Below are positions 1 through 13,123 of a DNA stretch of 64,000 nucleotides, piece after piece. Each line of letters starts with the position of its first letter. Position 1 is the stretch's first letter. The notes under the pieces are model-generated. The model was given only the letters and a program-made list of their open reading frames with translations, was not told the DNA's origin and did not search any database. The translations under genes were made by a program, and so were the position numbers. The stretch is from Amoebidium appalachense (taxonomy: Eukaryota; Protista; Ichthyosporea), in NCBI GenBank assembly GCA_963693365.1, contig CAVNZM010000006.1, forward strand, positions 10,791,355-10,855,354, written 5' to 3'.

Positions 1-16
1 GCGCAAAGAGGTTGTG

Positions 17-253
<237 letters not shown>

Positions 254-300
254 AGCTTGTGTGCATGTGCGTGTTGGGCTCCTGCACGTGTATGGGCCTC

Positions 301-331
<31 letters not shown>

Positions 332-523
332 CTTGCGTGCTCGCATGTTCATGTGCATGTGTGCTTGGGTGTGTGCAGTTTGTGTACCTTTTCCGTCTTG
401 CTTAACTTGAGGAAAAGGGGGGGAAGGGGGGAGGGGGGGAGGGGGGGGGGGGGGGTTAGTGCGTGGTTGGTTGGTTGAGGGAATGGGTGGATGAAATGAC
501 GTGTTGCGCTTCTGCACGCATGT

Positions 524-563
<40 letters not shown>

Positions 564-671
564 CTCACTCTCTGTATGTACGTGCACGCACGTGTGTTTG
601 CGCTTGTGCCTGTGGTTGTGCCTGTGCGCATGTGCTTGTGCCTGTGCATGTGTGCCTGTGCATGTGCGCAC

Positions 672-961
672 CTCCTTCCTGCAGAACTCTGACGATGCCT
701 GGGCCACTGCCTGGTTGTATGTTGGTGAGCTGCGGCTGGCCAGCTGAGGATCTAGCTGGTAGTAGCTGATGGTGAAAGGATTAGGGTGTGCACACAGTCA
801 CAGTCCAAGGTGCACAGCAAGAGCACAGAGGTAGTGTGTAGGAGTATGCATACAGGACTCATGCTGTATGCCCAGAGCCCAGAAACGGACTCGTGTCATT
901 TGATATGTGCGAGTTTCAAACCCAGTCCTCTACCGTGGAGAGGGAGTGGGTGTGTGTGTGT

Positions 962-992
<31 letters not shown>

Positions 993-1525
993 TAAAAATG
1001 CATTACAGAGTAAGAAGGACAATTCACGACAGACATGTACCAATGCGGTTTCGCAGAACACACACACACAGTATGCAGTATGAACAGAGCCCATCGTCAG
1101 GGTGAGACCACAGGGGAGGAGGGGGGGAGGGGGGTGGGTTGGCTGTGGTGGTGCTCGTGCTCATCAGTACAAAGTGCAAGGATAGTCGTCAAGGCGTACG
1201 CGGTGCAGGGAAGGCAAAAAGGAACACAGAAAACACACACAGACAGAAGCAGGGACACGGGGAGATAAGGGGAAGGAGGAGGTGGGGGAAGGGGAGGGAG
1301 GAAGGGGGAGGGGGGAGAGGGCTTGCTGATGCAGTGAACATGTGGCCCTTGCGCAGTAAATGGAACAGTTCAGAACACAGGAGAGAGCATACTACGTTCT
1401 ACTGCACATACCAAAAATTGAACCCGCGCCCCCTCCCCCCTCCCGTCCGCCCCTCCCCCTTCTCTCTCCTTCCTGTGTTGCATTGTATTTGTTTGCTTTG
1501 TGACCAACTTGCAGTCTTTACATAT

Positions 1526-1562
<37 letters not shown>

Positions 1563-1814
1563 CCCCTGCCCTTTTTTTGGTGTTTTGGTGCTTTTTTGGT
1601 GCTTTGGGTGGCTGGGCATTATCAAACCACCCAAACCAAAGATTTGCTGCCACATTTTTACTACTGCAGGGAGTCGACGAGGTAGACTTACCACCACCAA
1701 CCACCAAGAGCAGACAGGAACCATATTGGGAGAACGAGGGGGAAGGGGGGGGGGGGATTGTGCATACCGGGTGGGAGTTCCGAATGCCATGTCATCTTCC
1801 TGTATGTTTATTGT

Positions 1815-1851
<37 letters not shown>

Positions 1852-2338
1852 CGTGCGTTGTGTGTGCGTGCGTGCGTGCGTGCGTGCATGTGTGTGTGTG
1901 TGTACCTAGGCGTATCTGGGTGTAGGTGTCTAGATGTACACTTTTTTTTTTTTTTTTTTTTCTCGAGCGCGCAACTATGTCTGTGTGGATCGCATATAAT
2001 TCTATGTTGTGTATGCATAGTCGAGGCAGAAAAGGGCAGGGCAACAGGAGGGTAAGAAAATTGGATCGGAAAATATGGGAGGGGAAAGCGCGCACACTCA
2101 AGAGGAAATGACCGGGGAGAGGGGGGGGGGGGGGGGGGGGGAAGGAGAGGGGGAGGGGGAAGGGGGGGGGGGGGGGGGGGGGGGGGGCTGAGGGTGATGG
2201 AATCAGAACAGAGAAAGGGAACGAGCCTAATTTTTGTTACAACCGTCGTTACGAAGGTATCGGGTGTTGTGGTCGTTTCTTGTTCTTCTTCTTCTTTCCT
2301 CTTCTTTTTTGGGGGGAGGGGCGAAGGGGGGAGGGGCT

Positions 2339-2377
<39 letters not shown>

Positions 2378-2474
2378 CTGGAGCATAAAGTGCATCTGGT
2401 TGGATTAGCAATATTCGAGCATGGGGTGTAGAGCACGGACAAAGTACGGCGGGGGGGAGGAAAGAGGGGGGGGG

Positions 2475-2512
<38 letters not shown>

Positions 2513-3315
2513 GTGCAGTGGCGCGGGAAAGACTAATAAGAGAGGGGTAGAGAACAAATAAAAGAGTGAGATGCACGTACGTTAACTCTATAGGAGCCGG
2601 CAAAGTCGCGGATAACGCCATAGCTGTTTGCAATGCCCATGTGGCCTATGAAGGGGAACAGCCACCTGCAAAGGCACAGAGAAGAAAGAACAGTCAGGAG
2701 TTGCACCCCCTCATGTTCTTGGCCTGTCTGCACACGTTCGCAGGAAAACAAACTAAAAAAACAGTCCTCGAATTCGGCACCACGTTCTGATAGCCGCCAG
2801 CCCAGTAACCTGTACGCACCATCCGGTCCTGAATACACCAAGATCTGGAACTCCATCACTAGAATGCAGAACAACCAGAAAGCAGAAAAACGTCTGCACC
2901 TCGGGTTTGCTGAGGATCCACAGGCAGATAGGCCAAAAAAATTAGGTCTATTCGTGTAAAAACGATGGTACAAGCAACGGGTATCAGTAACAGCTGTCAT
3001 GTACGCTAAACAGGGAACAACGCAACCCCCGCTCCCTCCCACCCTCCCCACCCTTTCCCCCCAATCCCCGTCCACTTACGTCAAGAAGGGCAGGGGGGTC
3101 CACACTATGCAGTACGGGTATCTGCTTCGCGCAGGGTTTATGTGTGCCGTCCCATCCAGACCCTCATCACTCAACAACAGTCGCTCCTCCCCGTCCGACC
3201 GCCTACGTGCAAACCCATCAGAAGACCCAACCAACTCCCCATTGTCCAGAAGCTGTGAGTCGTCATCCTCGTGGCCCGACCCAGAGTAGATGCGGTCATA
3301 GTCGCTGCTTGCCAT
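672..3315 (-). CDS. TMEM222: TMEM222 (DUF778/RTE1-like membrane protein), exons 1-4; 3' part lies outside the window
   Basis: GT-AG exons 3315(or 3327)-3080, 2665-2581, 1799-1768 and 765-672 join in frame: ...RSRYPYCIVWTPLPFLT|WLFPFIGHMGIANSYGVIRDFAGSYRVN|EDDMAFGTPTR|YYQLDPQ...AVAQASSEFCRKE. This matches TMEM222 motifs (RFPYCVVWTP, IGHMGI, IRDFAG, EDNMAFG). Confidence 0.9.
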
Positions 3316-3482
3316 GGTTGCTAACATAAAACGCACTGCTGTGTTGGTGCTGTGTGTGCGTGCTACTGGGAGGGGTGGTCCTAAGGTCAACTTATTTAGT
3401 GGGTAGCTACGTTCCACTGTTAGTGTTTGAGTCTGTGTTTGAGCGGAAGTTGTTTTGTTTTGCAACTTTGTGTGATGGAGGA

Positions 3483-3490
3483 TGACGTCA
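3483..3490. promoter_or_regulatory. CRE/bZIP palindrome TGACGTCA about 170 bp upstream of the TMEM222 start
   Basis: Exact TGACGTCA in the presumed promoter; function is inferred only. Confidence 0.3.
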
Positions 3491-4724
3491 TAGCAAAATG
3501 GATTCCATTGGTGAACGGCGCACCGGATAGAACAGCTTGTTCTATGTTGGCTTTTCTTTGTCCTGAGCTAGTCTGCAGACTGCAGGTCCGAGGCAACAGT
3601 ACGTACGTGCTCGCATGCAGGTCACCCGTGCGAGTGGAATCCCCCTCGGCCTCCTTGCACATCTGCTATGCTGAACACGTGGTATCACTGTACCGTGCAC
3701 ACGAACGAGACGCATATAATGTTCAGCGTAATTTTCATGTCTTGTGCGGGGACGCGTGCACGTGGGACGCATTGCTCGCATGCACATGCATGAGGCGCAT
3801 GCGCGCGCAATGTGACACGCACGTGTTCACATCCGCGCACGCACACACACACACACACACACTCACACACACATACACACACACGCGCGCACACACACAC
3901 ACGCGCAAACACACCACACACGCCGACACAGGGTCGCGTGCGCACGTGCACGTACATGAAAAAAAATTAATAATAATAATAATAAAAAACAAAAAAAATA
4001 AAAAAAATAAAAAAAAACACCACCACCACGGCCACCACCCACATCGCCACCACTACACCACAGTCACCGCCGGGCCACATACATATGTGCACCGTGACCA
4101 TTAACACCACCAAAAACAAAAGAAAGGCAAAGAACCATTGCAATATAATTGTTTAACTCAATCAGGATGAAACCAAAAGCTTTGATGTAGCTAACAATAT
4201 CATGCAGCGGTTACAAACTGCAAGTTAACGGTGACCATACCTGCACACTCACACGTACTGACGGTGTGCACGCGCTGCGTTGAACTTTACGTTCGCTGCA
4301 GGCGATTTTTCCTTACACTCTCGCGACCGCGTGCATGCTTTCTGTCGCGGCGCCTCGACGGTTCGATAGAGTCCAGTGTTCGCTGAATGTGTAAGGAAAA
4401 ATAAGGAGCCATCTCAGTAGGTGGCAGACCTGCACAAGTCCAGGCCCACAATGCGGCCGCGCGTGGTGCACATGGATCCACATGCAGAACATAACACGAC
4501 ATCATGATATGATACACACAAACACAGGTCACAAATTCTGAAACACACAAATTTCACACACACGCGCACGCGCGTGCACCAGACACATACGCAGGCACCA
4601 CAGACACACGCACATGTCGTGCGCGCACACACACGTCGCCGCGGTGCGCACCCGCACGTGCACAGGCAGCTGCAGTGTGGCCGTGTGCGAGAACACACTG
4701 TCTTTAATACATATATCATATATC

Positions 4725-5085
4725 CGGGAGGGCCTGACCACATTGGCGGAGCCAACTTGCTCCGCGCAAAAATTTTCTGAATCATTCTGCAAAAGGGCAA
4801 TATATAAAGCAGAATTATTATGCAAAAACAGAATTATTTTACAAAACCAGAAACATTATACATTCTTCTCTGCTTCTAGCAGAATCATTCTGCTTTTAGC
4901 AGAATTAATCAGAAAAAGCATTAATATTCTGCTCACGGCAGCAGAATCATTCTGCTTTTGCTGAATAATTCCTTCTGCTTTTGCTCATTAAATCTGAATA
5001 ATTTTGCTTTTGCAGAGTAATCCTGCTTTTTGCAGAATAGTTCTGCTCGGAGCAAGCTGACACTGCCGAGGTGGCTGGGCTCCTC
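4725..5085. mobile_element. Degenerate MITE-like element with imperfect terminal inverted repeats and internal GCAGAAT-N-ATTCTGC palindromes
   Basis: The left end cctgaccacattggcggagccaacttgctccgcgcaaaa resembles the reverse complement of the right end (cccagccacctcggcagtgtcagcttgctccgagcagaa). The interior has many copies of gcagaat(c/t)attctgc. No target-site duplication was seen. Confidence 0.5.
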
Positions 5086-5280
5086 ATTGCAAATCCACAA
5101 AACACTTGCACACACATGTACGTGCACCCACACAGATGTGCACACGTCGCGACACGCACACCTGTTACAACTGCCATGTTTAGTATCTATGTTTTTAGTT
5201 CCATGTAAGTAAGACAAATCTGATGCAAACATGTAAATTCCATAGTAATTTGCATGCTCGCACGCACGCGCATACACACG

Positions 5281-5329
<49 letters not shown>

Positions 5330-5370
5330 GCACGCACGCACGCACGCACGCATGCACGCACACACACACG

Positions 5371-5406
<36 letters not shown>

Positions 5407-5408
5407 CG

Positions 5409-5845
5409 GGTAAAAAGCACACTCGCTGCCGGATTACACACATTCATAATTTGCACGCACACACGCACACACAGCTCGCACAAAACGGTTTCCGGTAAAA
5501 AGCACACTCGGTGCCGGACCACACACATTTACAGTTTGCACGTACGCACGCACGCGCACACACACACACGGGCGAGCACGCCACGCGCACACACACGCAC
5601 ACACACGGTTCCCGGTAAAAGCACACTCGGTGCCGGATCACAAACATTTATAATTGGCACGCACGCACGCACGCACGCATGCGCGCGCGCGCACACACGC
5701 ACACACACACACACACACACGGTAAAAAGCACACTCGGTGCCGGATCACACACATGTATATTGTGAACGCACGTACGCACGCGCACACGCATGCACACAC
5801 ACACGGTTCACGGTAAAAAGCACACTCGGTGCCGGACCACACACA
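5409..5845. repeat. Array of five conserved ~30-bp units (ggtaaaaagcacactcggtgccgga) separated by variable CA/CG-rich spacers
   Basis: Units start at about 5409, 5494, 5614, 5721 and 5812; periods are 85-120 bp. Confidence 0.85.
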
Positions 5846-6386
5846 TAGACACATGGCAGAAATGACACCAAGGTGTCAAAAAGGTAACAAACTTGCTTTC
5901 ATTTATAATGGATTTTAAGAAAAACATAGGTACACGCTGGCTGCAATCGATTATATACACAACAACACTCATGCTCATGCCATTGATATTTGTTGTACCG
6001 AAACTAGCTCAGGGGCTAACCTACTATTCATTAGCGGTCGTCTCAGAAACCCTGGAAAAACCAAACGGACAAACACTATTCAGTAATACACGCCGGTAAT
6101 ATCATAGCAATGAAGAACTCTCGGAGGTACAACAACGAAGATTAAAGACAATAACAGGCTTTAAATGATCAAATAAACCCTCCAGGAGCAAAAACAAAAT
6201 GGCGTGCAGCACACCTTTCTTGTCCTACGAAACACCAGTATTCGTACGTCCTTTGGTGTAACTGGTGCAAACGAAGTTTACACAACAACTGCTTGAGAAA
6301 AAATGCATACGGTGTAAGGGGTACGGGCCCCTGTTCTTGTGTGTTTCGTTGGTAAAGGTTTTGCACGTGCGTGGACATGTGTGTGG

Positions 6387-6431
<45 letters not shown>

Positions 6432-6628
6432 GTATGTTCGCATCCGCACGTGCATGTGTTTGGCAATATACGTAAGTGTGTGTGTATATGTCAAACTGTA
6501 TGACGTTTGTGTTGCTCTGTGTACCGATAGATAACTACTGCACAAGAGTCAAATAATCAAGCACGCACGTCATTCTACACTGGCAGGCATATAGCGCGAA
6601 ACAAACACCCACAAGTCCACCTTCGCAT

Positions 6629-7777
6629 TCAATCAAGTTTCCTGAGTTTCCTAATGATAGTTCTAACGACATTTGCAGGAGATATTTTCCTTGCAAAAGG
6701 TTTTCTCGTTTGACTCAACAAAACCAAGTCACATGCCCCAAGGTAGCAAGGGGACCTGCCTGCACGGTGATTTTCCTCCGACAGACACTTGTCCCTCCAG
6801 TCGATGTAAATGGCCAAATTGTTATCGTTGGTGCCGGCAAATTTCGAATTTGCAAACACGCTGTGAAAAAACCCCTCATCCGCCACTTCGGTTCCGTTTG
6901 CCCAAAACTGTATCCACGGCTCTACACTGGGGTCGTATAGGAAAAATTCGACCACTTCCCGCCGTAAAACCCACCATTGGGACCCCTTATACCAAAATCC
7001 CCCGTTTGGTGTCTCGGTCATCCGGGTGCATGCCGCGTCTGCACATCTCGCCGGTGTGCGCTCGCACACGTGCCTTACCGACTTCGGATTATCTGGGTGG
7101 CACGCATGCCTCTCACCGATAAAAATCTTGTTTCTTTGTTCGTCGAGCACCGAATGCGCCAAATATTCGTCTATTTTCTTGTTTGATTTCAGCGCCACTG
7201 TGTGCCCGCACAAATTCACCACCGCGTCGAACGGCCGTGCCATTTCCACTGCCGTGCGCATCATATCCAACGTCATGTTCACGATCGTAAACTGGCCCCA
7301 CGCCACGCGGAATTTCTGATAGATAACGACGTTTGTTGCGTTGTGGAACACCTTCTCCATGATGCGCAGTGCGTCCTTGTCGACTTTGCGATCCACGTGA
7401 ATGATGAACGTGTGGTCGGGGTGGTACAAATCCTTCACCAAAAGACTCGCCCCCGCAGCCGTACTCCTGTCGTGTGCGCTGATCAAATAAGCAATCTTTG
7501 CCCGTGGCCTCCATTCTTCCTCCACCAATGCAACGCTTTGTTCTACCGCATTCTCCTGCTGTGCCGGCCTTTTACTCTGCACGTCGGTCAGGGTTTGAAA
7601 CTGCACGTGGCTGACAAACACAGGGTGCAGCACGTCGTTGAGCAGAAACAGGATGCCGGCCAGGATCATCAGGTGGACCAATCGGATGCGCCAGGGCAGC
7701 CGCATGAGCATGGCCCAGTGTTGGCCACCGTGGGCCTTGGGGTCAGCCTCCTTCTCCCTCAGCCCACTGAGCTGCAT
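6629..7777 (-). CDS. Intronless GT14 family glycosyltransferase (Core-2/I-branching enzyme / xylosyltransferase-like), type II membrane protein
   Basis: 382-aa ORF with an N-terminal TM segment (LVHLMILAGILFLL) and GT14 motifs KIAYLISAH, LYHPDHTFIIHVD, VAWGQFTIV, GSQWWVL, DEGFFHSV and FARK. Confidence 0.85.
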   Translation of the reverse strand: MQLSGLREKEADPKAHGGQHWAMLMRLPWRIRLVHLMILAGILFLLNDVLHPVFVSHVQFQTLTDVQSKRPAQQENAVEQSVALVEEEWRPRAKIAYLISAHDRSTAAGASLLVKDLYHPDHTFIIHVDRKVDKDALRIMEKVFHNATNVVIYQKFRVAWGQFTIVNMTLDMMRTAVEMARPFDAVVNLCGHTVALKSNKKIDEYLAHSVLDEQRNKIFIGERHACHPDNPKSVRHVCERTPARCADAACTRMTETPNGGFWYKGSQWWVLRREVVEFFLYDPSVEPWIQFWANGTEVADEGFFHSVFANSKFAGTNDNNLAIYIDWRDKCLSEENHRAGRSPCYLGACDLVLLSQTRKPFARKISPANVVRTIIRKLRKLD

Positions 7778-7827
7778 GGTGGGGTTGCCCTCACTGCTGC
7801 CGGCCCAGGCCTGTGGAAGGTGCCCGT

Positions 7828-7918
<91 letters not shown>

Positions 7919-9256
7919 CGCGTGCGCGCGCGCTCACAGTGCATTGGCGAGTAGAAAGCTCGCAGAAATATTTTTGCACGTCGAAAATGCATCCAAGCCA
8001 CAGGTGCGCCGATGTTGTGTGTGCATGCGGTGGGTGTGTGTGTGTGTGTGTGTGTGTGCACGTGCCTGGGTGCGTGCATGTGTGTGTGTGTGTGTGCGTG
8101 TGCGTTTGTGCTTGTAGGAAAGTGGGAAGGAAGAACTCCGCATAGAAAATGGCCCACAAGGATATACAAAATGAAATAATGTGGCTATGGAAGGGGGGGG
8201 GGGGGGGGGGGGGGGGGGGGTATGTGTGTGTGCCAGTGATGTTGAGCGCGTGTGCACACGCCTGCAGGCGGAATGGCGAAAAGGAGTATGTGTGTGTTTT
8301 GCAACCCCGCTTGCAGGTGTGCGCGCGGGTGCCAGGTGTTTATGTGTCATGGGGGCAGAAAGAGAGAGAAAGGAAGAGATTCACACTGCGGGACCAAAGT
8401 GTGCAAGTTAGTATCCATAGTGTGCATGCACACGCCTGTTTGTTACTGTCCGTGCAAGAAGTAGACGTGTGCAGGTGTATGTGCGTGTGCGCGTGCTCAT
8501 TGGCAAAGTGACCCCGATAGGCCCATATGTACGAATGTGTGTGTGTGACTGCGTGTGTGCGTGCGTGCCTGGGTGTGTATGCGCGCACGCACGCGCATGC
8601 ACGCGGTAAGGCACATGCATATCCATGTGCATCAAAAGCCAAGGCAGAAAAACAAGGCTTCCCCAGTACCAACTCCTAAGAGAATACGTGTAGCACGGTA
8701 TAATAAACCCCATTCTTGTATGCAGCTCACAGACGAAAAATCTACAGTGACATAGGGAAGGGGGGGGGAGGACGGGATAAACGTTTGTGTAGTGTCTGTG
8801 TGCAAAGGAGGGGAGATATATTCAGGGACCTAGTTCTGATTGGGGCGGATGGGAATGGCCGCACGTGTGTGTGTGTGTGTTGGGGGGGGGGGGGGGGGGG
8901 AGGGAGGGGGTGAGAGGGGGGGGGGGGGGGAGGGGGGGGGAGGGAGGGAGGGGGAAAGGGGGAAGAGATTTGTGGTGCACAGTACTGAGTACAGAGACAC
9001 ACCACAGAAAGGCAAGCAAACACGCAGCATCAGAAAGAAGAGCCCATGCACACGGTGACACCAGGACCAGGCGAGAGTGTGAGGCAAAGAAGAGGGCCCG
9101 TATGCACAGGGGTCCGGGTGAGAAAGGAAAACAGACGGATGGTTTTGCGGAAACCAGGGAGAGAGGGATAAGAAGATTTGGTGTGGGTGTGTGTGGGGGG
9201 GGGGGAGGGGGGAGGGGGGAGGGGGGTCCGCGGAGGGGGGGGGGGGGAGGGGGGAG

Positions 9257-9287
<31 letters not shown>

Positions 9288-10112
9288 GGGGCGCTGCAGT
9301 TTCCATAAAACCAATGTGCAAGGTAGCTAAGTTGGGCTTATCACTGTCCGTGTATTACTGCCAGTGTGGTGCAGTGTCAAGCAGAAAACAGCACACACCA
9401 CTTGCAGCTAAGAAAAAGCACGACTCTCGGCCAGCCAGAGGCTGCACAACCAATGAAACCAGAGGCATTATGCATGGAGGGCCGTGCTTCCACACACACG
9501 CACCAACACACGCGCACACACACACACACACACCGCACACACCGCACACACACACACACACATGTATTCACACAAGGGTACACAGAAGAAGTTGCATATA
9601 TAATATGCGGGAGAAACTCGCACAGGTTGATAATTGGCAGGGTTGTGTGTGTCTGTGCATGCGACATCATGCCAAGTTGTCACAGTGGGTGGGTGTCTAT
9701 GTGTGTGTGTATGTGTGTGTGCGCGCGCGCGCGCGTGCACCATTGAATGCAGGCAGCCGAGGCAGCCGCTCACTACACACATATTAGCCCCTCTTGTAGA
9801 ACGCGCAGTGTCTCAGTGGTAAAGACACAGAATAGAACATTAACGTTCAACCCACAGAAGTGAAAGGTAATTACGTGGGTTTGTGCGTGGCCTGGCAAGT
9901 GCAACCTTGAACACAAAAAGAGGCGGATGTCTACAGCGTGGATTAGAATGAGGAACACGGTACATAGTACGACTACACGATGACATGAACTGTGCAGGAC
10001 ACAAAAAAAAGGCAAACACGTAAGTATCCAAAATCAGCAACGAGCAGTGTGCCATACAAAGCACAGCCCGTCCCTCCGGGTGCAGGGAGGGCAGGTCCTT
10101 CAAAACGTGTGT

Positions 10113-10159
<47 letters not shown>

Positions 10160-13091
10160 AGGAGGTGGGGGCGGAGGAGGGGGGGGGGAGGAGGGGTTAC
10201 AGCATACCTCGTTGGGAAAAACTGGTGTCGGGTGTGAGTTTCTGCGCTGTAGGCCCTTTGTTTTTGAGCCTGACATGGCCCAGTCCCCCTAGATAGCCCC
10301 CGGGGACTGCACCACAAGCCCTACAGGCCCACACTAAAAAAAGGACTCAGGACTACCGGGTAGACTAGAGTTGAATGACGCACTGGTTGATTAAGCCACA
10401 GAAACGACGGAAAGTGGGCCAACAGCAGTTGACAACTCCCCAGAGGACAAGCAATCGAAGTTTACGTACGCACCACTCTGAATGGGTGTCTAGTGCATTC
10501 TCTCTGTAATAGTGCAGTCCTGAGGGTGCCTTTACCCAGTTATTTTCATCCCACAATATTTTCCAGCGTGCTAGTATGCCTGCAGCCCTGCACAACAAGC
10601 TTTCACTGAGAAATAAATGACAGGCTAAGCTAAACGGAACTACCCTGCTGCCATGCGTGTGGATGCTGTGTGGATGAGGATGAACTGTCTCTGTGCTTTC
10701 GATTGACTCAATCAATCCCCCTTGACCACCTTACGAATGACACTGCACCGCTTTTACATTGTGCCGATGAATCTCAAACAATAAATCTGACTACCATAGA
10801 ACCAGATATATACAACCAGGAAGTGCCATGGTAAATTCATCATTTTTATATATGCATATATTATGATATAAATAACAGTCTTTGGTTCAGAAAAATACCG
10901 ACTGTCGCTGTATAGTATGTAGCCTAATAAAATATTTAGGCAACTGTTGAAATTCCAGAACACAAAACCCCGCCGCGGCACCGACTCCTGTCAGACAGAG
11001 TATGAGGAGACATTCCGCGGTAAGATCATCGACTGATGATACGGGCACATCGAGTCGAGTTTTTCCAACTTACCGTGGCAGACAGAAACACAACAATAGG
11101 TGTGTTTTGCCAAGTAACAGACTTATTGTAGTGACTGGACGATAGTATCACAAGAAAAGCCCTTTGTCAATAGTACAAGCCTTTGTGAAAGAAATTCCAG
11201 CATGCTAAAGAGAGCCAATCAAGTTCTTTTATGACTTACCCAAATCCCTAGATACCTACTTTTTAAGCCCTCAAATATTCAATTTGCAGAATACAGGATC
11301 AGAGGCAACTTAGAAAGGCTACAAAGTGAGACAGGCACGAAAAGTATTAAACAGTAAGGAATTAATTTTTTTAATTAATTTTTAATAATAGAACAGCTAT
11401 AATATTTAAACAAGAAAAGGTTAAAATCTGGGCAAACATCATTCTAAGCCTATGGTAAACAAATTCTCCGAAAAAGTGCTGGACTCCAGCTGGAGCACAG
11501 ATTACTCATCAACTTCGGGTGTAGAGAGACTCTCACGGCGCGTTTTGATTAGTGGATGCTTTATGTGGTTCTTAGATGGAAGCACATGTTTTCGAGCGCG
11601 CTTCTTTTGGGCCCAAAAAGGAAGGCATGATTCCGAACAGCCCTTCTTTGTTGCTTTCTGCCACTGGCTTGTGTCTAGGGGTGGCACCTACATTTATGGT
11701 GCGGGTCATCGTAGATTGACCCCTCAGGCTGTGATCGCGCTACAGACATGATAGTTGCAGCTTTTGATAGCTCTCGGCACGGAGATGACGGGGATATAAG
11801 CGTTTCCCCGCTATCTTCAATATTAAGGGGGTGATGACGTTCATCAGCGTCCAATCGGTCCCAAAATGACGTCATTATTGCGCCACTATTACCAAAAATA
11901 GTATCACGCCGTCGGCAACTGCCATATATGGTAGTTCCGCGAAAATTGGATAACTTTACTTTTTCGGACCATGCTGTTGCACAATCTGAAGTGTGTCAAT
12001 AGACATGTGTATGAAAAGAAAAAACGACGTGGAAAAGGCAGTTTTTGGTCTTTTATTGAGCCCTATCCTCAAAGCATGTGTACGGCACCATTCCTGGATA
12101 CTCGCCGTGACAGAAATTTTTTTTCTTTTTCAAAATCATTTCTTTTTCAACTCCAAAAATACCACGCGACAGCTCTCGCCGAGATATTTCGATTGCGCTA
12201 AGAAACGTCTCAAATTTATATGTTTATATGGATGGAGGGAGGGGGGGAGGGAAGGAAAGCATAAAGAGGGTCACCATCAGGTATATAGAAAACCCCAGCG
12301 CCGCGAGATAGCGGGGATTTATTAGGCCGGCAAATTTCCTATTGTAAGATCTATCGGATCTGAGGGGTCAATCATGGGGCTGTCTCCACACTGCGGCGAT
12401 GGACGGCATCCCACTGTTTCGGATTGACAGTCCGTTTGACCACACGACTATATTTGGGTTTTTCGCAAGTCCATCCTATCGGAGCGTCCAGACGGTGACC
12501 GCCACCATACCTCTGCCAGGCTTATTCCGGCTGTAAGCCAAAGAGGAGACACGGTGACACAAATACACAACAAGAACACTACGTACATGACGTGTCTCTG
12601 GCACCTCACGCCCGGCTCCCCACACGCCCACAGCCTGGCAGCGTCAGCCTGAGGCTCGCGCGATGCAGAAACACCCACAAGAATGCAGAAGCACCCACCC
12701 ATACACCCACATACGAATGTTCAACATATACACTTGCACGCGTGCGTATCCACAAACACGCACACACAGGCGCGTGTCCACCTGTGCACATCCTATATCC
12801 TCGTGGCACACACACGTACAGATGTCTGGGTAGTGCCACGAGTAATGGATCCCGGACAAAAGAAGCTGACAAGCACGTGCTCACAAGCCTACACAAACAC
12901 AAACCCCTCGTCCCCACGGTTTACGCACCTTTGCATTCAGTAACTATTTCAAACCTTTACTGCTTTCAGACGGAGCAAGCACTGAGCACCAGCATGAAGC
13001 TATATGCGTGGCCCCCACTAGAGACATCCCCCTCCCCCCCCCCCCCCCCCCCCCCGGCGTGCTCCCCCCTCCTCACACACATGTAAACATA

Positions 13092-13123
<32 letters not shown>

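Noticed and set aside
5409-5845. CRISPR array call
   Set aside because: Eukaryotic context, no cas genes, and spacers are low-complexity, variable in length and mutually related. Kept only as an unusual repeat array.
7202-7954. 250-aa plus-strand ORF, and the minus-strand ORF at 53861-54556
   Set aside because: These are antisense shadows of the GT14 gene and LINE ORF1, with no recognisable motifs.
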